The position numbers and the translations under genes are program-made. DNA of 64,000 bases, taken from NCBI RefSeq assembly GCF_036321535.1, contig NC_087437.1:91080001-91144000 (forward strand). The letters are read 5' to 3'. Positions 63,571 through 64,000 of this stretch are shown here, piece by piece (the stretch's first letter is position 1; every line of letters starts with the position of its first letter). This DNA comes from Camelus dromedarius (taxonomy: Eukaryota). The notes beneath the pieces were generated by a model. It was not told the origin of the DNA. It searched no databases and worked only from the letters and a program-made list of their open reading frames with translations.

Positions 63571-64000
63571 GTTTCTTACAACATTTCCTGGAGTTATAAA
63601 TATGATTAGTAGATGAGAGTTGGGAAAATGGGCATGCATCATTGATTCGGTCTCACAATGACTTTTTAATCTAAATAGCTTCTTTTAAATCAGACTTTTA
63701 AATGCATTTAAAAACACATTGTACATTGTATAGAGATGACTAATCCTTCCTATCTGAACTTTTCATTTTTCTTATTCTGTAGCATTGAAATCTACTTTTT
63801 TTGTTTGTTTGTTTTCTTCAAAGCAGTCTTCCTTTTCCTTCATGGATAGCCTTCCTGTGCTTAATATTTAAATACTGATATTCCAAAAATAATTGTTTTG
63901 GTTTCTTTTCTATAATCATGCTATATTTAACTCTTGATTTACCACATTTTGTTCACAATTTGTAACTATTATCACAATTTGTAATAATTTAGGGACATTA

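Noticed and set aside
1..64000. A novel multi-gene system (CRISPR, defence island, operon)
   Set aside because: The DNA is mammalian and repeat-dominated. There is no regularly spaced repeat-spacer array, no long ORFs and no operon-like structure.
1..64000. Inferring a host-gene strand from L1/LTR orientation bias
   Set aside because: L1 and LTR copies occur in both orientations without a clear skew, so no host transcription direction can be supported.

Overview
This is AT-rich, CpG-poor mammalian genomic DNA from a gene-poor intergenic region or a deep intron. A Vic-1-type tRNA-derived SINE (36082-36215) points to a camelid (alpaca, llama or camel); I saw no Alu, B1/B2, Bov-tA/BovB or Can-SINE copies. 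I found no intact protein-coding gene, rRNA, tRNA, CRISPR or prokaryotic system. The only supplied ORFs I recognise are LINE-1 ORF2 fragments (about 33448-35045) and part of an ERV integrase relic; the rest look like chance ORFs. Much of the window is layered transposon fossils: L1M-type, L2, MIR, MaLR (MLT1), ERV1/ERVL and hAT MITEs (MER5, MER53, MER58A, MER102). Most notable: (1) a decayed DDX5 processed-pseudogene fragment (C-terminal CDS, 3'UTR, AATAAA, A-tract) inside an L1MC-type element, preceded by an unexplained, possibly inverted ~105-nt piece; (2) two L1 insertions with twin-priming-type 5' inversions; (3) two LTR-internal-LTR MaLR proviruses with nested histories; (4) an ERV1 integrase relic; (5) a few non-repeat, CpG-retaining or splice-signal-bearing islands that could be unannotated exons or enhancers. 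Repeat family names come from my recollection of consensus sequences and need RepeatMasker/Dfam confirmation; boundaries are approximate. I do not see support for a genuinely new biological system here.
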